Assembly (NCBI GenBank): GCA_048884965.1
Contig: JBHLQH010000001.1
Location: 32,001 to 96,000 of the forward strand
Direction: 5' to 3'
DNA length: 64,000 nt
Origin: Candidatus Thorarchaeota archaeon
GTDB taxonomy: Archaea; Asgardarchaeota; Thorarchaeia; Thorarchaeales; Thorarchaeaceae
Position numbers and translations under genes: made by a program. Below, one piece after another: positions 28,091 through 38,800 of the stretch (its first letter is position 1; each line of letters opens with the position of its first letter). The notes under the pieces were generated by a model. It ran no database searches and had not been told where the DNA came from. It saw only the letters and a program-made list of their open reading frames with translations.

Positions 28091-30046
28091 GTGATGATTC
28101 TGCAATTTGTTCTTCTAGATGATCCATTCTGGCCCCTTCTCATAGCATTGGCAATATTCCTACTTGTCGTTGGAAGCTTCATCAAGCTTCAGACTCGGAA
28201 ACGGGATGGAATGGTCGAGCAAATCAATCAACTACTGCTATCAAGACCATCTGTGTCCTTAACGGAGCTTATTCACCACCTTGACACAAAACGCATGGAC
28301 CGAAAAACTCTGACTGGGCTCATTCAAAGATCCAATGCCGCAATTATGAGTTTCTCGAAGACTTCAGTCATATCTTCAATTCTTCTGAGTGCACGATTAA
28401 AGGAGAATCTCGTGAACAATTCGATTATTTATGTTGACAAGGAAGCCAACCGCTGGGATGTTGCTCCAAATGAGATTGAACGAATTGTGGGGGATATCAG
28501 CCAGCGAGAGGGTCTTGATGTTCTTCTTACTAAAGATGGCGATTATCTACTAGTTCCGGATTTGAAAGATCGAATACGTGAGTCTCTGGAATTACAGGGG
28601 CGAGCTGACATTATCGCTGAATCTCAGAGATTGCGTGTTGATGTTGATGAGTTGGTTCAACTTGTTAGGAGTTGGGGTTGGTATGTTTGGCAATCTTCAG
28701 CAGGTTCCCTCTACTCAGTAAAATGGCTTCTTGATACTCTTGAAAGAAGTGTTGCACGAACCGGATACCTGGATCTTGATACAGAATCCACACGGTTAGA
28801 TTTGACGCCAAATGATATCATGAGGGTTGTTAGTCTCTACAAGTGGGATTTTGTAGAAGCATTTGACAATCGAATAATCCCTGCGCATCTACTTCAAGAG
28901 CAATTGCTATCACGTCTTGAACGATTCGGATCTTTGAACATAAATGAAGAAGCTAACAGATTAAAGATCTCTCCTGAGGGATTACAGCGAGTACTAAAGA
29001 AGCTGGGACTCACTCTTATTACCACGCATGATGGATCCGTTATGACACTTGAGCAGATTAGGCAGGAATTGCTTGATGATGCTGATCTTGCAGGTATTAT
29101 CTCTGCTGAGGAATCTGCTGGAAGACTTGGAATCGAGGAGGGCCTAGCGAGTAGAATTCTTGGGAATCATTCAGGTGTGAGAAAACTAAAGGACGGCCGA
29201 TATGCTTCCTATCGCGCTCTCAGGAGCTACATCTTGGAAGAAGTAAGGAAGACTGGAATCATCTATACAGATAAAATGGAGAAAGATTGGCTAGTGAATC
29301 GAATTGAGCTGGCTGCTCTTTTAAAACGATTTGGACTTAAGATCACTCTTACAAAGTCAGGGAACTACCTCTCGATATCGTGGCTTCGGAGAAGGTTGGG
29401 AGATTCATTACAGGTCGGAGAGGCACTCAATCCAAGTGAGCTGGCACAACGATACGATACTGAGATTAATGTCATCGAATCAATTGTCGCAACCATCCAG
29501 ACAGACACACTGATCGATGGAGAGGGAATGATGATATCTCGGAATGCTCTATACAATGAATTGGAATCCCAATTCCACAATATGGGAATTCTTCGTCCAT
29601 ATACTATTGCATCAGAGAGGGGATTAGACATTGCAGATATCCAGAAGACCCTCCAACCTCTTACATCTGCATCATTTAGGACCGAAGAAGATGCAATGGT
29701 AAGCAAGATTTGGCTTCTGAGGAAGATACAGGAAGCATTGAAGCAGAAAGGTATCTTTGACCTTACGACTCTGTGTGAAGGCATGCAACTGAATTATGAC
29801 ATAGTCCATTCTGAGATTGAATCTCGTTTGTCTGAAGACGACAGGCTACTGGAGAGCTGTGGTGTGATTGTTGCAGCAAAGTGGATCGCTATTCTAAAGA
29901 ATCTCGCAAAGGAGGAGGGCTCTATAGATGTGACAAAGTTTGCCGCCTCTCAAGACATTCCCAAAAAATCTGCACTCTGTGTTCTTCGAGCACTCCTACA
30001 GGGGGTATATCTTCCATCTAATGATAGCTATTTCACAAAGACCTAA
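28091..30046 (+). CDS. TM-anchored tandem winged-helix protein, UFL1/DDRGK1-like
   Basis: N-terminal TM, then about 11 units of about 57 aa (G.h.h...A..L.h....h...h + beta-hairpin T.DG.Yh); resembles the UFL1 N-terminal region as recalled. Confidence 0.7.
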   Translation: MMILQFVLLDDPFWPLLIALAIFLLVVGSFIKLQTRKRDGMVEQINQLLLSRPSVSLTELIHHLDTKRMDRKTLTGLIQRSNAAIMSFSKTSVISSILLSARLKENLVNNSIIYVDKEANRWDVAPNEIERIVGDISQREGLDVLLTKDGDYLLVPDLKDRIRESLELQGRADIIAESQRLRVDVDELVQLVRSWGWYVWQSSAGSLYSVKWLLDTLERSVARTGYLDLDTESTRLDLTPNDIMRVVSLYKWDFVEAFDNRIIPAHLLQEQLLSRLERFGSLNINEEANRLKISPEGLQRVLKKLGLTLITTHDGSVMTLEQIRQELLDDADLAGIISAEESAGRLGIEEGLASRILGNHSGVRKLKDGRYASYRALRSYILEEVRKTGIIYTDKMEKDWLVNRIELAALLKRFGLKITLTKSGNYLSISWLRRRLGDSLQVGEALNPSELAQRYDTEINVIESIVATIQTDTLIDGEGMMISRNALYNELESQFHNMGILRPYTIASERGLDIADIQKTLQPLTSASFRTEEDAMVSKIWLLRKIQEALKQKGIFDLTTLCEGMQLNYDIVHSEIESRLSEDDRLLESCGVIVAAKWIAILKNLAKEEGSIDVTKFAASQDIPKKSALCVLRALLQGVYLPSNDSYFTKT

Positions 30047-30136
30047 TCCGACATATATAATATATATTGATTCAAATTGATATTGGAATCCTATATATTG
30101 TGATGAATATATCTATCAAACTGGAGAGATCCATCA

Positions 30137-30991
30137 TTGGTTAGAACAACAACCTTCAAGATTCGTCAGATGAAAGAGAAAGGCAAAAAGATAGTCATGC
30201 TTACTGCTTATGATACTCCGACCGCTAAAATTCTAAGTGATGTAGGTGTAGACATCATCCTAGTTGGGGATTCAGTAGGCAACTCTTTGTTAGGATATGA
30301 AAGTACCGTCCCTGTTACTCTTGATGACATTATCCATCATTGTGCTGCTGTTTCAAGAGCAAAGCCAAGTAGTCTCATTGTGGGAGATATGCCTTTCATG
30401 AGCTACAAGGTAAGCGTCGAGCAGGCTCTGGCGAACTGCGCCATGATGTTGCAGAAAGGAGGTGCGGAAGCTGTCAAGATCGAAGGTGCAGGGCGAGTTG
30501 TTGATATTGTTTCAGCTGTTGTTGATTCAGGAATTCCTGTGATGGGGCATATCGGTCTTACACCTCAATCCATCTATGAACTAGGAGGATATCGTGTTCA
30601 AGGAAGAACAGCTGATGCAACTGAGAAGCTTGTCGAACAAGCTCTTGCCTTGCAAAATGCAGGTGCATTCTCTCTTGTGATAGAACTGGTTCCAACAGAA
30701 ACAGCAAAAGCAATCACAGAAGCTATTGATATTCCCACTATAGGCATCGGAGCCGGACCTCATTGTGATGGACAGGTGCTAGTTCTTTGGGATATGCTAG
30801 GACTTTTTGAGGACTTCAAGCCTAAGTTTCTCAAGAAATATGCGAATGTAGGAGAGGTCATCCGTACCGCTGTTGCGGATTATTCAAGTGAGGTACGAGA
30901 TGGGACTTTTCCTGCAAAGGAACACAGCTTTGAGATGTCAGAAGAAGAGTCTGGTCGTCTCTACGGACGCGTAAAGCCAAATAAAGAGTAG
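30137..30991 (+). CDS. panB: 3-methyl-2-oxobutanoate hydroxymethyltransferase
   Basis: MLTAYD, LVGDS, GDMPFMSY, KIEG, GHIGLTPQS, TIGIGAG; TTG start with GGAGAG RBS. Confidence 0.96.
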   Translation: MVRTTTFKIRQMKEKGKKIVMLTAYDTPTAKILSDVGVDIILVGDSVGNSLLGYESTVPVTLDDIIHHCAAVSRAKPSSLIVGDMPFMSYKVSVEQALANCAMMLQKGGAEAVKIEGAGRVVDIVSAVVDSGIPVMGHIGLTPQSIYELGGYRVQGRTADATEKLVEQALALQNAGAFSLVIELVPTETAKAITEAIDIPTIGIGAGPHCDGQVLVLWDMLGLFEDFKPKFLKKYANVGEVIRTAVADYSSEVRDGTFPAKEHSFEMSEEESGRLYGRVKPNKE

Positions 30992-30993
30992 AG

Positions 30994-31013
30994 AGAGTCC
31001 CAAAAAGGACTCT
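30994..31013. terminator. Hairpin between convergent panB and DUF1858 genes
   Basis: AGAGTCC-CAAAAA-GGACTCT. Confidence 0.55.
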
Positions 31014-31015
31014 AC

Positions 31016-31231
31016 TTAATTCTCTTTAATGGACTCATTGAGTGCTTCTACAAGCTTATCGGGATCAATACCGTGTGCCAATGCACCTTGCTCAATGTTC
31101 TCATATCTGGCAACTGCGCAGCCATAGCAATGCAAGCCCCATTCCATGAAGGTGCCAGCAGTTTCAGGCCACTTCATTACCACTTCTGCAATCGTATCAG
31201 ATTTCTTAATCGCTTCAGCCATAGTAATCAA
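31016..31231 (-). CDS. DUF1858 domain protein (hybrid-cluster-associated redox disulfide domain)
   Basis: TIAEVV...PET...F...GLHCYGC...ENIEQGALAHG; true start possibly 31222. Confidence 0.88.
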   Translation of the reverse strand: MITMAEAIKKSDTIAEVVMKWPETAGTFMEWGLHCYGCAVARYENIEQGALAHGIDPDKLVEALNESIKEN

Positions 31232-31290
31232 CCTTATTCGGCTTAACTATGTTAAATCGGATATTCTAATCTTTTATACTTTAGGTTGTG

Positions 31291-32292
31291 TCAACCAGCT
31301 TTGATACTATACCGATTGCCTACGCTCCCTTCAACATAGGCTTCTTTCATCTGCACACTCATTTCATGACGCGCTCTCCATCCAGTACAGTGGCATGGGA
31401 CGAGAAGGCTGGGTTCCATGAGTTTCAGGTCACTCACAGTCCTCGAAAGTTTACTTATACCACCGTCCTTTGAAACCTCTGAACCTGCAAGATGAAAACC
31501 ACCAATGATAGCATGAATCCTGTTTTCCCCTGTCAATCGTGATGCTTCTTTTGCTATATTGACGATTCCAGCGTGGCTGCATCCTGATATCACAACTAGT
31601 CCTCTTCCTTTCACCTTTGCGACTAGACTAACGTCTTCCAGGACTTTGCTATCATCTTCCCATTTGCCATCGATCATCATCAGATGTCCCGGTCTTCCTT
31701 CTTCATAGTCTGTAACTCTGGGGATTTCACCTGTTCGTAGAAGCATCCCCCCAGATAGAAGAATAGGATTCGGATTCGAGATAATTATGCCACCAAGCTT
31801 GGAAATCTCCTCTATAGGGAGTATAGGTCTATTCTCGATTATTCTCTCACCTTCCTTCGTCTTCATAGTAGCACCTTTCTTGTAGATCATTCTAGGATGC
31901 AGATACAAAAGTACAGGATGGTGGCAATTCTCTAACACCCATCTTAGTCCTCCATAATGATCATCATGTCCATGTGAGAGGACAATCCCATCAAGTTCAT
32001 TTAATGGAAGACCCAATGACTGCAGATTCGTTGACATATGGATTGTCGATTCACCTGTGTCCAGTAAGATGTTCGATTCCATTCCATTGAGGCTCATTCT
32101 GATCCAGAGCGAGAGTCCTACACCCGCTACCAAGGGGACATCATCATTGACGCTTTCTATGCTCTTCCACTGGAAGAATCGTTGTACATCATCTCTCCTA
32201 GGATTTGACCAGAGCTCGATTGAATTGTCAACTACAGCTGTAACTTCAATACTATCTAATGCTTTCAGGTTGGCGAATTCCATGCTTGGCAC
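31291..32292 (-). CDS. MBL-fold metallohydrolase (MJ0301-like family)
   Basis: LLDTG, LSHGHDDHYGG, GCSHAG, GGFHL, PCHCTG. Confidence 0.88.
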   Translation of the reverse strand: MPSMEFANLKALDSIEVTAVVDNSIELWSNPRRDDVQRFFQWKSIESVNDDVPLVAGVGLSLWIRMSLNGMESNILLDTGESTIHMSTNLQSLGLPLNELDGIVLSHGHDDHYGGLRWVLENCHHPVLLYLHPRMIYKKGATMKTKEGERIIENRPILPIEEISKLGGIIISNPNPILLSGGMLLRTGEIPRVTDYEEGRPGHLMMIDGKWEDDSKVLEDVSLVAKVKGRGLVVISGCSHAGIVNIAKEASRLTGENRIHAIIGGFHLAGSEVSKDGGISKLSRTVSDLKLMEPSLLVPCHCTGWRARHEMSVQMKEAYVEGSVGNRYSIKAG

Positions 32293-32309
32293 CGATTTTT
32301 AATCCAAGG

Positions 32310-32741
32310 TTACAGCAGCATATGGTGCAAGCCCATCTCTCTTAGTACCTCTGGGAAGACTTTGAAGACCGGCTTGATTTTTGAGAGAAGTCCTAGAGCC
32401 TTTGCAATAGAACCTTGCATTTTGACCTCGCCCTTTGCCATGGCAATTGTTGTGTTCAACTTTCCCTGCCAGAACTTGTTCGTTGTTTCGGATGTGCTCC
32501 ATACAACTATCTCAGGTTCTACGTTTGAGTCGAAGCTGAGCGTACCTACCTTTCCATCTGGTCCTGGATTCGCAAAGTCGATTGTAACATGAATCTCTGG
32601 GTTCTCGATATCGAATCTAACTACAATTCCAGATTTCACCAGCTTCTCGAAAACATCCTCCATCTCTAAGACTTTGGGCCAAAATTTCTCAAATACCTGC
32701 TTTAGCTGTTCAGTACTCTCATAGAAGGGCATTGCATCCAT
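32310..32741 (-). CDS. Stand-alone SCP2 sterol/lipid-binding domain protein
   Basis: FWQGKLN...AMAKGEVKMQG SCP2 signature. Confidence 0.85.
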   Translation of the reverse strand: MDAMPFYESTEQLKQVFEKFWPKVLEMEDVFEKLVKSGIVVRFDIENPEIHVTIDFANPGPDGKVGTLSFDSNVEPEIVVWSTSETTNKFWQGKLNTTIAMAKGEVKMQGSIAKALGLLSKIKPVFKVFPEVLREMGLHHMLL

Positions 32742-32787
32742 TCCTCCATATGGATAGTCCCCAAAGGAGGATAGAAGTCTTTTGGAT

Positions 32788-32830
32788 GAAAAAGAGTCCT
32801 TTGGGTGGGACTGTTTTTACCCACCCAAAG
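32788..32830 (-). terminator. Intrinsic-type terminator after the giant surface protein gene
   Basis: 11-bp stem CTTTGGGTGGG/CCCACCCAAAG (32799-32830), then a T-run on the minus strand. Confidence 0.65.
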
Positions 32831-32843
32831 ATTGTGCTCGTAA

Positions 32844-35800
32844 CTACTCTTCCATACTTCTGTCCATCTGCTCTAGGACAGCATCAAGCTCGGCTCTGGT
32901 CATATCCTTCGCGCTCTCAAGAACTTCCTCGATCTGCTCCTTAGGAAGACCTAGCTTAGCAAGTCGCTCACCTACTTCTTGGAGTTCTTCAGCCGTCACC
33001 TTTCTTGTAGCATCTGCTTTCTCAGGTCTCTTCTCGGCAATCTCTTGAGCTCTCCTCGCCCTCTCTTGCTTGATGACCTCATTAAGGAACCCAGGTCTCT
33101 CACTAGGCTTCATTCTTGCAAGATCAGTTCGAAATGCTGCAATATCATCTTCGCCAAGTCCAGTAATTTCAGCAAGCTCCAAGAGAAGTGCTTCTGTTTC
33201 GGGTACATGGAATTCGATGGTCAACATTGGTATCTCATCGATTGGCTTAGAGATGTTGATTGCGTTGAGGCCCTCATTGATGATTCCTTGAATCATGAGG
33301 TTTCTCTCTCGAACTTCTGGTTTTTCAGGAACTTTCGCCTTTGAAAGCGACTTGATCATTCCATTCATGATTCGGATGAGTTTTGGCACACTGTACACCT
33401 TCACCCAGAGCAAGGCTCCAATGAGTGCCAAGATGATGCCAAAGCTACCGCCAAACATAACAATCGTCATGAGTGGATCCGCTGGTGGTGCAGTCACTAT
33501 AACTGTGAAAGCAAGAGTGAGTTGCTCGTAATTCTGACCATTTGAGGCATGAATTACAATTTCGAACTCTCCAGCAGATGGAACTATGAATCCTATGATG
33601 TACTGTCCAGCCGCCTCACCAGGCATCACAGAATAATCACTCTCACCTATGACACCTGTTGCTTGTGTTAGGTAGATATCTGCATCAGTTATTGGTAAGT
33701 TGTGGTCAAGATCCCAATACTCGATCACAATCTGTAGGTATTCTCCACTTAATGCAGTTGCAAAAGTGTTCCCTGACTGAGTTCTGAGATCAGTATCTAT
33801 AGGACGAATTATGATAGTGATTATTGTTGATACACGTGCATAGTTCTCCTTGTTGACTACGATAGTCGCATCGTACGATCCAAGTATTGCTGTGTTTGGT
33901 ATCTCGAAGGTATAGTTACCTGGATTCTCAGAATCCTCTACAAGCACTGCGCCTAGTGCCCATAGGACACTACCATCCGCTCCTGTCACAGGTCTGCCAT
34001 AGACTGTATCATTGATATAGACACTGGCAATCATGGTATCTCCGACAGGAACTTGAATGACATTCAGCACGATGATTTCCATTGTAATCGAACGTACTTG
34101 TAGGGTTGCAGATGTCGTCCTTGTGATGTAGTTGCTCTTTGTTGCTGTCACACGGATGTCGAATGAGGACGGAGCTACCTCAGTACTATCAAGTAGTACT
34201 TTGTAGATACCATTTCCTACCTCTTCCAACACACCAGAGCCGCCTGTCCATACGTACTGGAGAGTGGCATTCTCGATTGGCACCTCATTGTGGACGTCAT
34301 AGTAGCTAAAGAACATCCAGATGGACTGCTCATAGAAGATTGACAACGTTGCGTTCAGGGGTTGAACAGTTGTATCTATTCTCTGTACCTCGAATAGCAT
34401 AGAGAGAGTCGATGTTTCATAGCCCGCTTTGGTCGCAACTATGTACATGCTGAATGTTCCAGCGTACAAGTCTGAAGTAGTCAGTGTGATGTTGTATATG
34501 CCATTACCTTCCTCTACCAATGTTCCGTTGTAATCCGCATCACTGAATCTGAAGACCACTGATGCGCCAAGGATAGGTAGACTCAGGTCAATATTCGAAT
34601 AATTGACCCTAAGCACAACACTTTCACCGAATATAACCCTCAGAGTAGCTTCTCCAATTGGGTTTAGGTCGGTTTCCACAAGTCCAATGTCTAGACTAAA
34701 GTAGATACTTGCTTCAACGTGATTTGATTTGTTGGCTCGTACATATAGGGTGTAGACATTGATATTCACATCGGTTGTATCGATGAATGCTGAATAGTAT
34801 CCAGTCTGGGATGTTGCAGTCAATGTGCCGCTACGTTCACCATCACCAGGGTCCCATCGGTATTCGACTGTCGCCCCTGTAATCGGTCCGAACGCCAAGG
34901 ATTCGAAGTATACCGTGATATTGACAGATTGACCACTAACGACCGAGTATGCATAGATTTCATTCAAGCTTGAGAAATCTGTTTCTAGAACTGAAACAAC
35001 TACAGTAACTTGAATGATTCTTGCCTCGAAATTACTCTTGTTTGCGGTTATTGTGACAATATAGGTTCCAGCCTTAATAATTGAGGAATCAATTGATACG
35101 GTGTAGTTGAGCGCATATTCATCAAATGCGAATTCCATTCCTGAGATAGTAGCTTTGATATCAGCTCCAACAACCATACCACCGAGATCTAAGTTGTCAT
35201 AGTATACGGAGATGTCAATGGTTTCACTCCAATTTAGCTGAATCAATGACGTTTCTGTTGTGAGTTCCGTTCTTGTCTGTCGAAGAACTAGATCGACGAT
35301 CATTGATGCGGATGTATATCTAGTGCGTGTTGCAGTAATGTCATAGGAGTACGTTCCAGCAGGTTGTTGCCAGAGGAAGTAAGTAATATTATATTCTCCA
35401 CCACCCAGCTCTGCGATGGAATACGTACCACCTGGTGCGGTCGTGAATATGGTCGCGCCAGTAATGCCTGTATTATGATCGAGATCTTCGTAGGTGATTA
35501 TCACACTTACATTACTTCCTGCAACAACATTTCCTGCGAAGCTTGCAGAGATTGCAGTTTGAATCCTTCGAACCTCAAACTTCACAGAAGTAGTAGCAGA
35601 TGAATACCCTGTTTTAGTGACTGTAAAGGATACAATATAGTTGACTAGGTTTGTTACACTGGCGGTATAGAGGGTGACACTGAATCCATCCCCCGGAATC
35701 ACTGCCCACGACCATCCATATGGCCAATTGGTGCCAATCGATGCTCCTGTAATGTTGAGAGAATGGTCAGTATCAAAGTAGATAATTGTTACAGCAACTG

Positions 35801-38800
35801 TATCTCCTACTGGAACGACTGATGGATCAGGAGATGATGCAATAGCACTTGTACTGATTAGTCTAATAGTGATGTAGATAGTTGCCGTCTTTGTCAAGTA
35901 GAACGACTTGTTGAATGTGAACTGAGCACTGATTTTACCTGTGGTTGTCACCCACGAAGTATCCAAGGTAATGTTGAATATTCCATTTCCAAGAATTTCG
36001 TATGACCAATACCCGCCTGGCCACGTCGATGATATCGAAGCTCCGAGAATAATCTCCTCATGATCCAAATCATAAAATGTAATGTTCACTAAGGTCGAGT
36101 CTCCAATTGGGACCGTTCCTGGATCGGGAGCGTCTGCCAGTGTTTGAGTGAAGATGCTTCGGATCACAGCTCTGATAATTGTACCATTTGCATCTGGATA
36201 GAATGGTAGTCCTCCACTCCATGTGATGTCAATCTCGAAGTATAGTGCTCCAGTGGTCAAGAATGGAGTGCTATTGATAGTGAACACTATCTTGCCATCT
36301 TCTGGATTCGTGATCGATACTTGGAATGGACCTCCTGGAGTTGTGTTCAGGGGTGTGATATAGGCGTGTACATAGGTATCATTTGCAATACCTGCTCCGG
36401 TGGAGCTGTCTCTGTACCAGACTACGATGACAATGTCATCTCCGATAGGAATTTGGTCAGGAGGCTCATATGAGAGAACTGAACCTGCCCCTGTGATCGT
36501 CACGACGAATTCTATGGTTTGATTCTCGAAGTATGGCTTTCCATTGATCCAAATGAATGAAGCCTCAAATGCAAAATCACCGGTGGATCCAAGTGAGGTG
36601 GCATTGACTAGGACCTGATAAACTCCTGGTGAAGTCTGTGTAATCCACCAATCTACACTCCTATTCAGAGATACTTGCACACCTCCAAGGACTGTATCAT
36701 TGAATATTCCAGTGCTGCTGTCCAAGTCGATGTATCTGAACACAATCGTGATGTTGCTTGTGTAACTTGTTTGGGCGATCGGGTTAATGGTAAGCTGTGT
36801 ATTCCTAGCTCGGATATCCGCATCGATCACTAGGGATTGATCGTCATATCTGTAGGTAGGGTCTCCTGCAACCGATATAGTCAGATTGTATCTTCCGAAA
36901 ATACCGAATTTTGTTGTGTTGATGTGCAGATGATATGTTGCTCCCGAGATGTATTCAATCCAGTAGTAGCTCGAATCAACGGCGGTTCCGTTTACGGCAT
37001 CCAAGGAGAAGAATGCAACAGAGGTTGATATTGCCAGAAGTCCTGCATCTACATCGTAGTACTTTAGAATCACCGTCAAATTGTCACCAAATGGTGTTTC
37101 TTGAGGTGGTGTGTATGTCAATCTAGTCGCTCTTTCTCTTACTTCTACTTGCAGTGATCTTGTCTTGTTCTGATAGAAGGGCTCTCCAGACGATGAGATC
37201 TGTGCAACCAATGAGAATGTATCAACATCTCCAAGAGCACTAGAATCGACTTCGGCAATATACTCACCATTTCCGAGATCAGTAATCCAGTAGTTAGTGT
37301 TCAGAACTAAAGACTCTGCGGCTCCTGCACAGCTAAGTGTGATAGTACTACCAGTGATTCCTGAGGCGGTTATAGTATCTTCAAATGTGAAACTTATCGT
37401 TACATTATCTAGATATGGTGCAGCTCCCTCGACATCATAAGATAGTTGTGTTGGCCTTGCAGTTACTCTTCCAGTCACTGAACGGGGTCCAGCATCCGAC
37501 CAATAGTCTGGTGCATTGAAGGAAACCTGCATCGTATAATCAGTAAGCTGATTCAGAATGCTTGTGTCAAAGCTCACATTGTATTGTCCACTACCGATCT
37601 CAAGCACATTGACTGATGCAGTAGAAAGTCCGGATGGTGTAACGAAGGTAAGTACGATATACGAAATCATTCCCTCAAGTCCTGTGCCATCCGTTCCGTT
37701 ATCGATATCGAGAATTGTAACTATAAAGAAGGAAACCTCATCATAGTATGTAGAATCGGGTGAAGTAGTGCTTAGCTCAACCGATCGATATGCAACTTTC
37801 AGATTGATGCTACGTAGACTATCAGATAACCACCAATCTGTCGAATTGACCTTCAAGCTCAAAACATATGTTGCAGGTGCTCCAAGAGCACTAGTGTCAA
37901 TTTTTACTTCATAGACACCATTGCCCAAGTATGTAACCCAGTAGTTGGCGTCCTTTTCAAGTGTTTCAATGGAGGTTCCACATGAAAGATAGACATTGCC
38001 TGAGGCTATGGCAACTGGAATCGCTCCTTCAATATCGTTGTATGTTACATTGAAGAATGTGAAGTTGCCATAGGGTGTAGCTGGTATTGCCTCGTAATCA
38101 AGGGATGTGACTCGATCTCTAACGCTTCCGGTGATATTCCTTGAAAGTACGCTGTAGTATGGTGAAGATCCAGAGTGGTCGAATTTTATGGTTATTTTGT
38201 AAGAACTGACCATTCCAAGTATCGTTGTGTTGAAAGTGATCCTATACTGTCCGTCACTTCCTAGTACAAAGGATATGATTGGATTGTCACCGATACTAGG
38301 AATCACGAAGGTTGCAGAAATGTATGATTCATTATTGTTGATGAATTCTCCCGTCACACTATCCTGTAATGTTATGTAGAAGGTACTGTTCTCAAGATAT
38401 GCTGTTACATCAGGGAAGTCAATCTCCAGTGTAGCGACTTTCATGTTTATTGTAAGTATCGCAGATACTGCAGTCTGATTCTCGAAGAATGGACTTCCAC
38501 TCCACATAACCGTCATGTTGATACGGACTATTCCCAAGAGACCCGTTCCATCTGTGACGACATATACCTCATAGAAGCCGCCAACGGGAGTTGGATTCAC
38601 TTCGTAGGTGAGTCCATTCAGAACCGAAATAGTCAAACTGCCTCCAGTAATCAATTCGCTATTGTTGTCGAGATCGACATATTTCAGTAGAATCGTTGCA
38701 TTCTCGCCATAGAATACAGGATCCACTACGATCTGCGGAATGGCAGTATCACGCATTCGAACTGTGATGGAAATCAACTTGCTTACTTGATCTTCGTAGT

